In this document: positions 26,147 through 35,800 of the stretch, in pieces
Position numbering within the stretch: position 1 is the first letter of the stretch
Layout of the letters: each line of letters starts with the position of its first letter
Virus record (IMG/VR): IMGVR_UViG_3300042549_001343
Location: 1 to 53,280 of that record
Direction: 5' to 3' (one strand)
DNA: 53,280 nt
Origin: a virus
Lineage: Duplodnaviria; Caudoviricetes
Position numbers and translations under genes: made by a program
The notes under the pieces: generated by a model
Told to the model about the DNA's origin: nothing
Databases searched by the model: none
The model's input: the letters and a program-made list of their open reading frames with translations, nothing else

Positions 26147-27090
26147 ATCTCAACTCCTTCACTAGACATGTATCTGTCGTAGTTGTAGTAGGTCTTGTTT
26201 GTCGGAGACTGTGAGTACGAGCATGCTCCAGACTGATAGAACAAGCCTACCCGACCCTCCCAATCTCCGTGCCTGTTCTTGTCGCAAACCAAAAGCGCAT
26301 CAGGTAAACCCTCATCAACCTCTTTGCCAGCCTGAATCTGTTGCTCTTTGCGTTTGTTTCTCCAAACAGTAAAGCACTGATCCACCTGATCGACAATGGC
26401 TCCGCTGCCTTTGGCATCCATCTTTCCGGGGACTTGCATTTCGTCTCCAAGTTTTCTACTGTGATGGATTACATGTACATGTATGTTGAAGTCCAAGGCA
26501 AACGAACAGACATTGTCAATGAAGTTCTTTTGTCCGTTGTAGTCGTCCTCACCCTTAACAACCTTCATCAGTGAGTCAATGACGAAATGCTGCACACCAA
26601 GTTTCTTTGCGGCGTAACGCATGATTGCCAACAGATGGTTCGGATCTGTCTGTCCCATCTTGTCGTACAACCACAGCCGGTTAGTCGCATGGGACAGAAC
26701 GCCATCGACAAACCTTGATGTTGGGAGCGCACTACCAGCAGCTTGCTTACACATGCGAGCAAGCGTTGCTCGTGGCTTCATCTCAAAGCTGGCGACGCAG
26801 ACCTTCTGGTTCTGATGTAAGAAGTCAAGCATGACGTGGCTGGTCAACAGACTCTTTCCATGTCCGTTGATACCCATCCACAGGCTCACCTCGCCCGGAC
26901 GAAATCTAATGTGGTCATGGGTCTTGGGCCAAGGAAGTCTTGCGCCATCGACCATCTCTCCGCCATTCAACAGAGCAATGGTCTCGTCTCTGTATGCCTT
27001 GGGCGCAACGATCTTGTCCTTGTCGTGCGGCTCACTCGCATACTCGGCAAAGTCTATGCTGTCTGCTGTGAAGATCATTTCATTTGACAC
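26143..27090 (-). CDS. SF4 (DnaB/T7 gp4-like) replicative helicase, no primase domain
   Basis: FRPGEVSLWMGINGHGKS Walker A, SFEM, VIDSL, HHSRK, KGSGAI, KNRHG. Confidence 0.9.
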   Translation of the reverse strand: MSNEMIFTADSIDFAEYASEPHDKDKIVAPKAYRDETIALLNGGEMVDGARLPWPKTHDHIRFRPGEVSLWMGINGHGKSLLTSHVMLDFLHQNQKVCVASFEMKPRATLARMCKQAAGSALPTSRFVDGVLSHATNRLWLYDKMGQTDPNHLLAIMRYAAKKLGVQHFVIDSLMKVVKGEDDYNGQKNFIDNVCSFALDFNIHVHVIHHSRKLGDEMQVPGKMDAKGSGAIVDQVDQCFTVWRNKRKEQQIQAGKEVDEGLPDALLVCDKNRHGDWEGRVGLFYQSGACSYSQSPTNKTYYNYDRYMSSEGVEI

Positions 27091-27550
27091 TGTCTACTCC
27101 TAATAAAAATTCCAACTCGTAGTCATAGACTCTTCTATAAACAGCCTCTGCTGGATGTGTAATTAATCCGAGTTCAATATCTCCATTGATCTCAGGCCTG
27201 TAGGTTAAGTGCGCTCCGGCTTGCTTGTCGATATTCCATAGGTACAGGTAGCCATGAAAGTTATCGGTAGCAATGTAACCACCGTTAGGCTTTGCCTTCG
27301 CAATTGTTTCTGCGTAGTGCTTAACCAAATCACGGTGAACAGATGCGTCATAGACCAAACAGATTTGCAAGTCTCTCGCCCAGATCCATTCATAGCTCTC
27401 TGGGCTTTTGTTTGTGTCAACATAAACAACCCAGTTGCCGTCGGTCAAGTCTCCAACCATAGACACAAAAACAATCTCGTTCGGAACCATCTTCTTGTTC
27501 ATACGCAAGTCAAAGATTTCTCCGGCTCCATCTGGTAGTGGCTTCTTCAT
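27080..27550 (-). CDS. Hypothetical protein upstream of the helicase
   Basis: 156-aa ORF with RBS AAGGAG. Confidence 0.7.
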   Translation of the reverse strand: MKKPLPDGAGEIFDLRMNKKMVPNEIVFVSMVGDLTDGNWVVYVDTNKSPESYEWIWARDLQICLVYDASVHRDLVKHYAETIAKAKPNGGYIATDNFHGYLYLWNIDKQAGAHLTYRPEINGDIELGLITHPAEAVYRRVYDYELEFLLGVDSVK

Positions 27551-27696
27551 GTGTTCTTCTCCTTAGCAGTCCACTTGATTGAAGAAAGATTAAGCAAAAT
27601 TAAAAAGCACCAAGGGCTTATGAAGTATGCCGATACACAAGCGCAAATTAATGTCACTATGTTCTCTGCGTAAACCCATCTAACAAGGTTATCCAT
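27547..27696 (-). CDS. 49-aa AT-rich membrane peptide (MDNLVRWVYAENIVTLICACVSAYF...KEKNT)
   Basis: RBS AAGGAG; fills the gap exactly; not in the ORF track. Confidence 0.6.
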   Translation of the reverse strand: MDNLVRWVYAENIVTLICACVSAYFISPWCFLILLNLSSIKWTAKEKNT

Positions 27697-27946
27697 TGTT
27701 CTTCTCCTTGAGTTTGGCTTCAATAGCGTTGTAAAAACTAAGTTGTGTTGTTGTGGACTCCATGCAACAAGCCGCTATTTCTTCAACCGTCAGCCCTACC
27801 CATGTGCGCTGTAATGGGTGCGTGTAAAAAGCCGTACCAACACCTTTTTCACATTCCCACCAAATTTTGCGTGGTCTTCCGTCAATGTATTGACCTTCGC
27901 AAACATCTTCTGCAACCCACGCTACAGGCTCTTGCTCTTGTGTCAT
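27689..27946 (-). CDS. QEPVAW...WVGLT.EEI...IEAKLKEKN mosaic family protein
   Basis: Characteristic conserved motifs at both ends. Confidence 0.75.
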   Translation of the reverse strand: MTQEQEPVAWVAEDVCEGQYIDGRPRKIWWECEKGVGTAFYTHPLQRTWVGLTVEEIAACCMESTTTQLSFYNAIEAKLKEKNNG

Positions 27947-28161
27947 TTCTTCATCTCCCTGATGTAGGTTGCAATACTGGACAAGGTGTCCTTACCAAAT
28001 GCTTTGGCAAATCCATGCTCGATATTGAAGGCCGCCATCTCCAGTGCGGCATTCCATCCAGCCTCGTAATGTCTTTCAAGTCTTTCCTGTACAGTGCTGA
28101 GCTTTTGCTCAAGGCCGCTGAGCTTCTCGTCAATATCTGTCTGTCTGTTGAAGTCGGTCAT
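27943..28161 (-). CDS. Hypothetical coiled-coil protein
   Basis: MTDFNRQ start overlapping the initiator stop; GWNAALE motif. Confidence 0.65.
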   Translation of the reverse strand: MTDFNRQTDIDEKLSGLEQKLSTVQERLERHYEAGWNAALEMAAFNIEHGFAKAFGKDTLSSIATYIREMKK

Positions 28162-28832
28162 AGCATTCCTTCGAATTGAATTGATTGGTCGGAGGTTTCG
28201 TCTTCCCACCTACGTTGATTCAGCCACGTACTTGGGAATGGAATGAATTGGCCGTTGTCTTTCAGCCAGTCTGTGGATTGGCGTGACTTCGCAAGGGACG
28301 CAAGCATCTGAGCAAGCACCTCGGCATCCGGATTTATTTTGTTGAAGGACTTCTGTGCCTCTGCCTTGGCTACCTTGCGGGGGTATGCTGACCAGAAGGA
28401 ATCAAACCCCTCGACAATAGGTGCGGGTTTGTGGGTTCTTGGGTTCTTGGGTTTCTGGGTTACGTCCTGAAACGGTTCTGGTTTCAGTTCTGATTTCAGA
28501 GTTTTCTTTTCTATCTTGGCCTTGTTCGCACGTCTGGCCGACTCTGCTTTGCCGTGGTACTTCTCGATCTCGTAGTCACAACGGTCATTCTTCCACCCAT
28601 CATCTGACTGGATGAAGAACTCATGTAGCACACGAGCAACATCATCCGAATGCTCACGCATCGAGATCAGTCGAGCGCAGTCATCTGGCTGGAACGGCAG
28701 TGGCTTTTCTTCTGTGTAGTACACGTCCATCAAACGACGGTACGCCAAATCTTCGGTCAGGCTGAGATGCCTTGTCTTCGTCAGGTAGTCCCTGATATGA
28801 AATTGATAGCTAAACATTGAGTCCTTTCCCAC
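28158..28832 (-). CDS. DUF1376/YdaU-like replication initiator
   Basis: YQFHIRDY..KTRHLS..E..AYRRL.D.YY N-domain; FW.AYPRK..K...P.TWLNQRRWEDE C-domain; iterons in the linker. Confidence 0.85.
   Translation of the reverse strand: MGKDSMFSYQFHIRDYLTKTRHLSLTEDLAYRRLMDVYYTEEKPLPFQPDDCARLISMREHSDDVARVLHEFFIQSDDGWKNDRCDYEIEKYHGKAESARRANKAKIEKKTLKSELKPEPFQDVTQKPKNPRTHKPAPIVEGFDSFWSAYPRKVAKAEAQKSFNKINPDAEVLAQMLASLAKSRQSTDWLKDNGQFIPFPSTWLNQRRWEDETSDQSIQFEGML
28424..28499. repeat. Iteron array (probable replication origin) inside the initiator gene, copy A
   Basis: (C/T)GGGTT at 28424,28432,28440,28448,28456; CTGGTTTCAG 28478 and CTGATTTCAG 28490; same placement as lambda ori in gene O. Confidence 0.75.
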
Positions 28833-29105
28833 CTTTCTTTTGATACCCCGAAGGGACAGGGAACACTGGTCGAAAGGAACAAACTACCAGTGCTTTCAGT
28901 TCTTAGAGCGACCAAGAACCTACCCTGCGGAAGAGAGTGTCGTTGATTGCAAAACAAATTGCAAGCGGGTAAACCATTACCCATTTGGTTTAGTTGGTCT
29001 TTGCTTACAAATTCGTCAACTCACTGTACAATTGTCGGAGAATCATGTATAGTTTGCCTACCTTAAAAGGTAAATGCTTTACACATTGTCAACGAAAGGA
29101 ACCAG
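28833..29105. promoter_or_regulatory. Divergent control region between replication and recombination operons
   Basis: AT-rich gap between divergent genes with TTGACA/TTGACG (-) and TACAAT/TATAGT (+) boxes. Confidence 0.5.
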
Positions 29106-29882
29106 ATGTCAGATTCAAACAATAACTTCTTGAACGTGTGGAACGCCACATGTACGACCGACCCACGGCACGTCAAATCCTTCAGCCGAGGCGGTGGATT
29201 CTCGGGCACGGCCATCAATCACACGTACCAAATCCGCAAGGCGACCGAACTCTGGGGGCCGATGGGTCACCTCTGGTCTGTCAAGATTGTTGAGCAAGGG
29301 CTGATGCAAGGTACGCCCATCATTGCCGAGGAGATCACCGAGGAGTGGACGCTCGACAGCAAAGGTGAGCGTGTGCTAACAAGACAGGAGATCCGCAAGG
29401 TTGCGGTTGCCAACGAGACCATTCACTTTGTCCGCATCCATCTGACCTACCCAATCTTTATAGAGAACGGGGAGGGAGTGCCGATCCATTCCGGAAACGG
29501 GACGGTCGAACACTTCGGCCAGACCACCTTTGTCGGCAAGAACAAGAACGGCTACTTCACGGACGAGGAGGCCCCGAAGAAATCCTTAACAGATGCTATC
29601 GGCAAGGCTCTGTCAATGCTGGGATTCTCTGCGGACATCTACCTCGGACTGTTCGACGACAACAAGTACGTCAATGATCGCAAGGCTGAAGCAGCCAAAG
29701 CTGGCGCAGCCAAGCCAGAGATCAAGGCCAAGATGACTGCCGAACAGGTGGATGATTTGAAGCGGAGGCTGTCTGAGTGCAAGAGCAAAGAGTCCTTGCG
29801 TGCCCATTTTGCTTTGTTGACCAACGACGAGAGGGCTGTGACAGAGGAGTTCTGCAAGGCGCTGGCAGCGGGGTTGGAATGA
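29106..29882 (+). CDS. Rad52/Sak-like single-strand annealing protein
   Basis: TAIN..YQ...ATE.WGP.G..W and APKKSLTDAIGKALS.LGFSADIYLG; next to exonuclease and SSB. Confidence 0.8.
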   Translation: MSDSNNNFLNVWNATCTTDPRHVKSFSRGGGFSGTAINHTYQIRKATELWGPMGHLWSVKIVEQGLMQGTPIIAEEITEEWTLDSKGERVLTRQEIRKVAVANETIHFVRIHLTYPIFIENGEGVPIHSGNGTVEHFGQTTFVGKNKNGYFTDEEAPKKSLTDAIGKALSMLGFSADIYLGLFDDNKYVNDRKAEAAKAGAAKPEIKAKMTAEQVDDLKRRLSECKSKESLRAHFALLTNDERAVTEEFCKALAAGLE

Positions 29883-30115
29883 CAGATTCTGCCTTAGATT
29901 CACTAAAAATGCAGCTAGACGCTGCAAAAATACAACTGGCCAACGCAACAGTGGACGCTGTAATCGTGGAGGTTGTCTTGCCTATGGCCTACAACATCAT
30001 TGACCAACTCATCGATCTGGACGGCAAGCCAATACCAAAGAAACTTTTGGCCGATGCAAAGAAACTTCTGCCAAGCAACTACAAGAATTCATTTCAGTTC
30101 AAGGGCGAGGCATGA
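29879..30115 (+). CDS. Hypothetical protein
   Basis: ATGA overlaps on both sides. Confidence 0.65.
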   Translation: MTDSALDSLKMQLDAAKIQLANATVDAVIVEVVLPMAYNIIDQLIDLDGKPIPKKLLADAKKLLPSNYKNSFQFKGEA

Positions 30116-30732
30116 ACCCACATCAGAGAACAGATCAATGGTTCAAAGACAGAGAGGGGAAGCTGACGGCATCCTCTTTCGGACAGGCCGCTGGCCTCGG
30201 CCCGGGTTCTCGTCAGCAACTCTGGCGAAGAATGATGGGATTAGAAGAACCGTTTGAAGGAAACCCTGCATCACAATGGGGAGAGGAGCATGAGACTGAA
30301 GCAGTTGCTGAGTACAGCAAAAAATGTGTTGATGACCCTGCGTCTGTCAGTTTGGTGGGGTTCGTACCGCATCCGGAGATGGCTTGGATTGGCGGTTCAC
30401 CCGATTTTTTTGTTGGGGATAAGGGGATGGGTGAGGTCAAGTGCCCGTATTCGCAAGTTGTCTACCCAGAAGTCCCGCCCTATTACATGGCGCAAATGCA
30501 GGGGCTTATGGAAATCACGCAAAGGGACTACTGCGAGTTCGTAGTCTGGACACCCGACGTTATGGCTGTCACAAGGATTGACAGATCGAAGGAGTATTGG
30601 GACTGGCTGCATCTGCGGCTGGCTGACTTTTGGTGTTGGGTGGTAGCCCAAGTAGAGCCACCAAGAGAAAAGAAATCCCAACCACCAAAGCTCGAATTAA
30701 CCGCAACAACTCTTTTCAAATTGAAGGATTAA
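30112..30732 (+). CDS. YqaJ/lambda-exonuclease family recombination nuclease
   Basis: QRTDQW...R...LTAS, GSPD, EVKCP, YMAQMQG. Confidence 0.92.
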   Translation: MNPHQRTDQWFKDREGKLTASSFGQAAGLGPGSRQQLWRRMMGLEEPFEGNPASQWGEEHETEAVAEYSKKCVDDPASVSLVGFVPHPEMAWIGGSPDFFVGDKGMGEVKCPYSQVVYPEVPPYYMAQMQGLMEITQRDYCEFVVWTPDVMAVTRIDRSKEYWDWLHLRLADFWCWVVAQVEPPREKKSQPPKLELTATTLFKLKD

Positions 30733-30734
30733 CA

Positions 30735-31127
30735 ATGGCAAATTTATCAGGTGTGTTTCGTATTGGTCGTGACGCAGAAGTCCGTACCGCCGGAACTGGC
30801 GACGCTGTGTGTAACCTGTCCTTGGCTTACAACCACGGGCGCAAAGGTGAAGACGGTAACCGTCCGTCGCAATGGGTCGATGCCAGCTTGTGGGGTAAGC
30901 GAGCAACATCACTAGCTGAATACTTGGTCAAAGGACAGATGGTCTACGCCGTTATCAATGACCCACACATTGAAGAGTTCAAGAAGGCGGATGGATCTAA
31001 AGGTATAAAGATGTCTGGATCTGTCGGAGAGATTGAGCTTATTGGTGGAGGTCAGCGCAAGCCGGTCGAAAAGAAAGAGCCGCCCAAGCCAGACTTAGGC
31101 GACCTTGGCGACGACATCCCCTTCTGA
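30735..31127 (+). CDS. ssb: Single-stranded DNA-binding protein
   Basis: RIGRDAEVR, WVDASLWGKRA, YLVKG, acidic DDIPF C-terminus. Confidence 0.95.
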   Translation: MANLSGVFRIGRDAEVRTAGTGDAVCNLSLAYNHGRKGEDGNRPSQWVDASLWGKRATSLAEYLVKGQMVYAVINDPHIEEFKKADGSKGIKMSGSVGEIELIGGGQRKPVEKKEPPKPDLGDLGDDIPF

Positions 31128-31129
31128 CC

Positions 31130-31450
31130 ATGCATCCAATTGTTGAGGTTATGACAAGGAACGAGGAGTTGTTCTGTGATGAGTTCACAGGATGGCTCCC
31201 CAACAACCTCCACGTATGGGACGCATTCGTTGGGGAGGCGATGAAGGTTCGGCACAAAGGGTTCAAGCACTACTCTGCACGGACAATCATCCACGTATTG
31301 AGACACCACTCAGCCATTCAAGAGAATGGTGGCGAGTGGAAGATCAATGACCATCACAGTCCGTATCTTGCGAGACTGTTCGACCTTATGTTCCCAGCAT
31401 TCGCGGGGATGTTTGAATACAGAGAAACAAAGAAAGCAAACCGAAAATGA
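31130..31450 (+). CDS. Conserved phage protein (HYSARTI..VLR...KIND....YLARL)
   Basis: Motif pattern; operon position. Confidence 0.75.
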   Translation: MHPIVEVMTRNEELFCDEFTGWLPNNLHVWDAFVGEAMKVRHKGFKHYSARTIIHVLRHHSAIQENGGEWKINDHHSPYLARLFDLMFPAFAGMFEYRETKKANRK

Positions 31451-31653
31451 AACAACAACGCATCTACATCGTAGGACACGGCCAGACTATTCGTTTGATT
31501 CGTGCATCACACAGATCACAGGCATTGGGGCACGTCGCCCGATCAATCATCAACGTCAAGGTCGCAAGCCAAGATGAATTGGTTGAAGCACTGGGCCGAC
31601 AGATTGCTGTGGAGAACGCAACAGAAGGCGAGCAAGGAGAGTTAGACGTATGA
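31447..31653 (+). CDS. Conserved small phage protein (RLIRA....QAL.HVA)
   Basis: ATGA coupling. Confidence 0.75.
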   Translation: MKQQRIYIVGHGQTIRLIRASHRSQALGHVARSIINVKVASQDELVEALGRQIAVENATEGEQGELDV

Positions 31654-31868
31654 AAGAAATCATTGGCGCTGGTGAGATTGCCAAGATGCTTGGAGTCACG
31701 GCAGAGACAGCCAGACAATGGTGTGTATCAGGGAAGATACCCGCATTCCGGTTTGATGAGAACGGAAGATGGAAGTCTTACCGCGAGGACATAACGGAGT
31801 GGATTGACCGCCACCGGAATGTTCCTGTCAGCGGCGAAAATCCTTCGTCTTCTGAGCAATCTTCTTAG
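31650..31868 (+). CDS. Excisionase-like helix-turn-helix protein
   Basis: EIAKMLGVTAETARQWCVSGKIPAFR...W. Confidence 0.8.
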   Translation: MKEIIGAGEIAKMLGVTAETARQWCVSGKIPAFRFDENGRWKSYREDITEWIDRHRNVPVSGENPSSSEQSS

Positions 31869-32214
31869 GCTGAGGTACGAACTGCTTCCCCTGCTTGTCG
31901 CCCTGTGACTTGGCCTTGTTTGTTGCGGTTTTCTCACTGGGTGACAGGCTATCCCACGCCTTTGACGGAAGGTATCTCTTCTTGCCTTCTGATGGTTTGC
32001 CGTCGGATGTCTTCCAGTCTTCCTTCGTCCACTTAGACAGAGACTTCTGTTCTCCTGTCTTCCCGCCAGAGTATCCTCCGCCGGCAGCCTTGTACTTCTG
32101 TGCCACCAACTGAGCCTTGCGAGCAGACCACTCGCCCGGGTCGCCTCCGCTGCTACCGGCCATCACCTGTTTCTTAATGCGCTCACGCAGGGTAGGTTTT
32201 GTGTATGTGGTCAT
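31828..32214 (-). CDS. Basic conserved protein (DUF5872-like; WSARKAQL...YK..GGGY)
   Basis: Recognisable motif; last gene of the late operon. Confidence 0.8.
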   Translation of the reverse strand: MTTYTKPTLRERIKKQVMAGSSGGDPGEWSARKAQLVAQKYKAAGGGYSGGKTGEQKSLSKWTKEDWKTSDGKPSEGKKRYLPSKAWDSLSPSEKTATNKAKSQGDKQGKQFVPQPKKIAQKTKDFRR

Positions 32215-32837
32215 ATCGATCTTCTCCATCTTCCTCTGTCGGCAAGTTCCTGAACTGTTCTCTTCCGCAAAATGAACTCAATTGCACATTCTGTTCCGGG
32301 GAACAGCGTCTGATCTATCCTATTCGCACCGTACTGGTAGTTCTCGGTAATCAGTTCTATCTTAATCATCTCCGACAACTCACCCAGTCCGATAACTAAA
32401 TCTGTCACGTTGATGCACTGGTCTGACCAAGAGTATCTCTTGTACGTAGTGAATGTCCATTTGTGATCTGAGTTGTATGTGCTTGGGAATACACCCTGCT
32501 CATATAAGTCCTCGTCAGGCACGGTCACAATCAGATAGCCGTTGGGCTTTAACAGATTGAACCAAGCCTTCAGACCCTGACGTGGGTTGACCAGATGTTC
32601 AAGGCAGTGGCTGCTGTGGACAAAGTCCAATGACTCCGCCGCAAGTCCGGACATGTGTTGGGCATCGCCATCCTCTAAGTCCCACACCCTCACATTACCC
32701 ATGCCGCTGAACATATCTCTGTGTGCTGTAATGGGGTCAGGCTTTCCCCCAATGTCTATGCCGTCGCCAACAAAGTAGCGTCTTGCAAAGTTCGGATCAC
32801 GAACCCTACGTAGCATAGACTTACTGCACTCTTTCAT
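32211..32837 (-). CDS. Class I SAM-dependent methyltransferase (small-molecule/glycan type)
   Basis: DIGG motif I, DFVHSSHCLEH, LKPNGYL..TVPD; no DPPY/NPPY or PC DNA-MTase motif. Confidence 0.85.
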   Translation of the reverse strand: MKECSKSMLRRVRDPNFARRYFVGDGIDIGGKPDPITAHRDMFSGMGNVRVWDLEDGDAQHMSGLAAESLDFVHSSHCLEHLVNPRQGLKAWFNLLKPNGYLIVTVPDEDLYEQGVFPSTYNSDHKWTFTTYKRYSWSDQCINVTDLVIGLGELSEMIKIELITENYQYGANRIDQTLFPGTECAIEFILRKRTVQELADRGRWRRSI

Positions 32838-35800
32838 TTTTTAGGAACAGAGTAGTAGCGATCACCCATCTTGACAATCTCTGACCCGCGCTCTCGCTCT
32901 GCTTCCTCGGCCTTGTCCCACGTTTCGTGTTTCCTGCCTTTTAAAACAACATAGCTTCCATCAGGCAGCCCATACTTTTTCTTGTCTTCGGCACTCGCTT
33001 TAGTCACAGACCCCCAGTGACCAGCATTCTCATCTTTACCGTCAGGGCCAAGGCCAGCGGAAACAGCAGTATCGTAGTCATAGTCTTCCGACTCTGGGTC
33101 AAACTTTACTACCCCGCCATCAGCAAACTTCTTCTTGCTACCAACACGCATGTCCTCTACGCTCTTGGCGATTTGGATCCGGACTTGCTGGAGCCTTTCG
33201 ATCTCAAGGCGCTTCTCTGCACCACTCATAGTCTTGTCATCCTCAACCATCTTGATCTGATTGCTGATAGACGACATCATGTTCGTGCCTTTGGTGTACA
33301 GCTTTGCAAGCGCCAGCTTGTCTGATTTCTCTATGTAGATTTCATTGGCCTTGTCGAACTGTCCGGCATTCAGGAAGTGGCTGACATCTGCTGATGCTGT
33401 TGCTACGTCCTTAGAGTTCTCGTAGAACGATGTGACGTAACGAGACTGAGCTTGTGGAACGGTCTTCACAAAGTTTCCTACAACCAAGAAGTCATCGATG
33501 CGCTCGTATCTGGATGACGCTCCATCTTTGAATGGGGCAGCCATCATGTTCGATGAAGTCTGAATCACAGAACCCACCCAGCCAAGGTATCCTTTAATCA
33601 TGTAGTCGTACTGGATCGCAGATAGCTGAGAAGACTGTGTGCTGATTGCCCCACCTGTAGCCTTCGATGCGAACTCAGCAAACATGCCGTTGACCGTGCT
33701 GATTGCCACGGCAGCAGCAGATGTTCCGGGGCTAACCCTGTTCTCAACAGAGATCCGCTCCATACCCATAGATTCGATTGGCCGATCAGTGAAGCCATCC
33801 TTGTTGCGAGCAATGTCGTAGAGAGGACGAATGGCCTGCGGGATTGGGTTGACGGCGAAGGTGTCGTGCAATACAGCCAGCAGGCGTTTACCAAAAACCT
33901 TACCCTCAACCTGAGAATCGACCATCTGTTCTGTCACACGCTCAACCAGAGTTGCTATCGCACCCATCTCGAATGGCTTCGGAATGCGTACAGCCTTATC
34001 TGTTCCGGGGAGCTTGAACCAGAAGAAGGCATCACGATCCCAGTCTTCGCGCTTCTTCCAATCCTCATCGTCCTTCTGCGACAGATACAAAATCATGGCC
34101 GCAGCCACGACTGCTCCAGTGACGGTGGCAAACTTTGCCGCCTTCTGTCTCTCAGTGTCTGAAGCCTTGCCAGTCAGAACCTGCATGGTTGGGTCGAGAC
34201 CATCTCTTCCCAACTTGTACATACCCTGTAAGCGAGCATTAAAGTAAGGGAGAACCTGAGCCGCATACCGAATAGCCGAATAGCTTCCTTGCAAGCTGAA
34301 GTCCTGCAAATCTCTGGCGGCATAGGATGCCTCAAGGTGGGAAGCACCCTTTGCCCTGAGTTGTTGGTACAGCGCAAGACGGTTGGCGTTTTCAGAGGCA
34401 TCGCTTATCTCGTCGTACTTGTCTTGTATCTTTCCAAAGAAAGATGCCACCTTCTCTGGAGTATCCAGAATGTCTGCTTTGTTCACCCCTGTTTTGAGGA
34501 GACGCTTAACCGATGCGGACTGATCTCCATCGAAAGCGTTACCCATAGCGAACAAGCCACCACCAGCAAGAGCTTCTGCACGTTCATTCTTGTAGGCTCT
34601 CCAACCCTGCAACACGTTACCTATTGGGCTTCTGCTGAGTTCAGATAGGCCGATAGACTGGATGGAGTCTCGGATCAAGTTGTTGATCTTGAAGGTTGGA
34701 GACAAGGAGATGAAGCGAGTCAGTGTGGTTTTGAATCCACGCATGATGTCCATGCCCCAGCCGTAGCTAGGCATCTGTGCGACAGCAGACAGAGAGGTCA
34801 GCAGGAATTCATCGTCGATACGGTAGAAGGTTTCTACGCCCTTCTCCATAACTTTGACAGCGCCCTTCTCTTGTCTCTCCAGCTTGGTGACTACATCACC
34901 CATCTGAGTTGCAGAAGTCAATGTCTCGACTGCCGCCTGATTCTTCATCGAGGCTGACAGGATGTGCGTCCAGTTCATCAAGACGTTTTCCATCAGGTCA
35001 TTCAATGGGCGCTCGCTGCCCTTCAGTTTCTTGGACAGGTACTGACCAACAGCGCCAGAGCTAGTCTGTGCTGCTGACAAGCTGCCATCATCTTCCATCT
35101 GTCGGTAGAACGGGATGTACCAGATGTCTGCTGCAAAGCGTTTGTATCCTTCGGCATCGATCAGCCCGGTGTCTCTGGCGACATCGAGGACAGATCTGTT
35201 CAACTCGTTCATGTTCTTCAGGGTCTCGGCGTAGATGGCAAGACGAGACTTACCATTCTTCATCGTACCCATGTTGAGGCCACGCAAGGACTTAATGTCT
35301 TCAGGGCTGAAGAAACGCTCACGCTCATCCTTGGACAAGGCTGCTGCGCGATTGGCTGCAATCCAAAGAAGGAAGCGATCAACCTCACCGCCAACAGGAT
35401 CAAGAATCTCCAGTAACCCTTGGGTTCCCTTCTTCACATTCAGTGCGCCATCATCATTGAAGACTTGGCCGTAGTGGAGCAGGGTGGAGACAGCGCCATC
35501 CTGAGAGCCAGTTGACATACGCAACATCATGTATGCCTTCTGGCTGATGTCTCTGACAGAGCGGAACTTATCGAACGTACCTTGAACAATACGTAAAGCA
35601 AAGTTTGGACGAAGATGATCCAGCCTCTCCTTGATTGTCGGGGGAGAGTAGAAGCCTTTCTTCAGCGCACGATCACGGGTATCAGGGCTGACATCAGAGA
35701 ACTGTTCCTCGTATCTCTTGCGGCTGAACATAGGAAAGCCATCATTGGCGACCTGTTCTTGCAGGGATTCAGGAATCACAAAGCCAAGCTGTTGCCCAGT

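Noticed and set aside
32211-32837. DNA methyltransferase explaining the GACAGAT enrichment
   Set aside because: Lacks DPPY/NPPY or PC catalytic motifs; the SSHCLEH signature fits small-molecule/glycan methyltransferases
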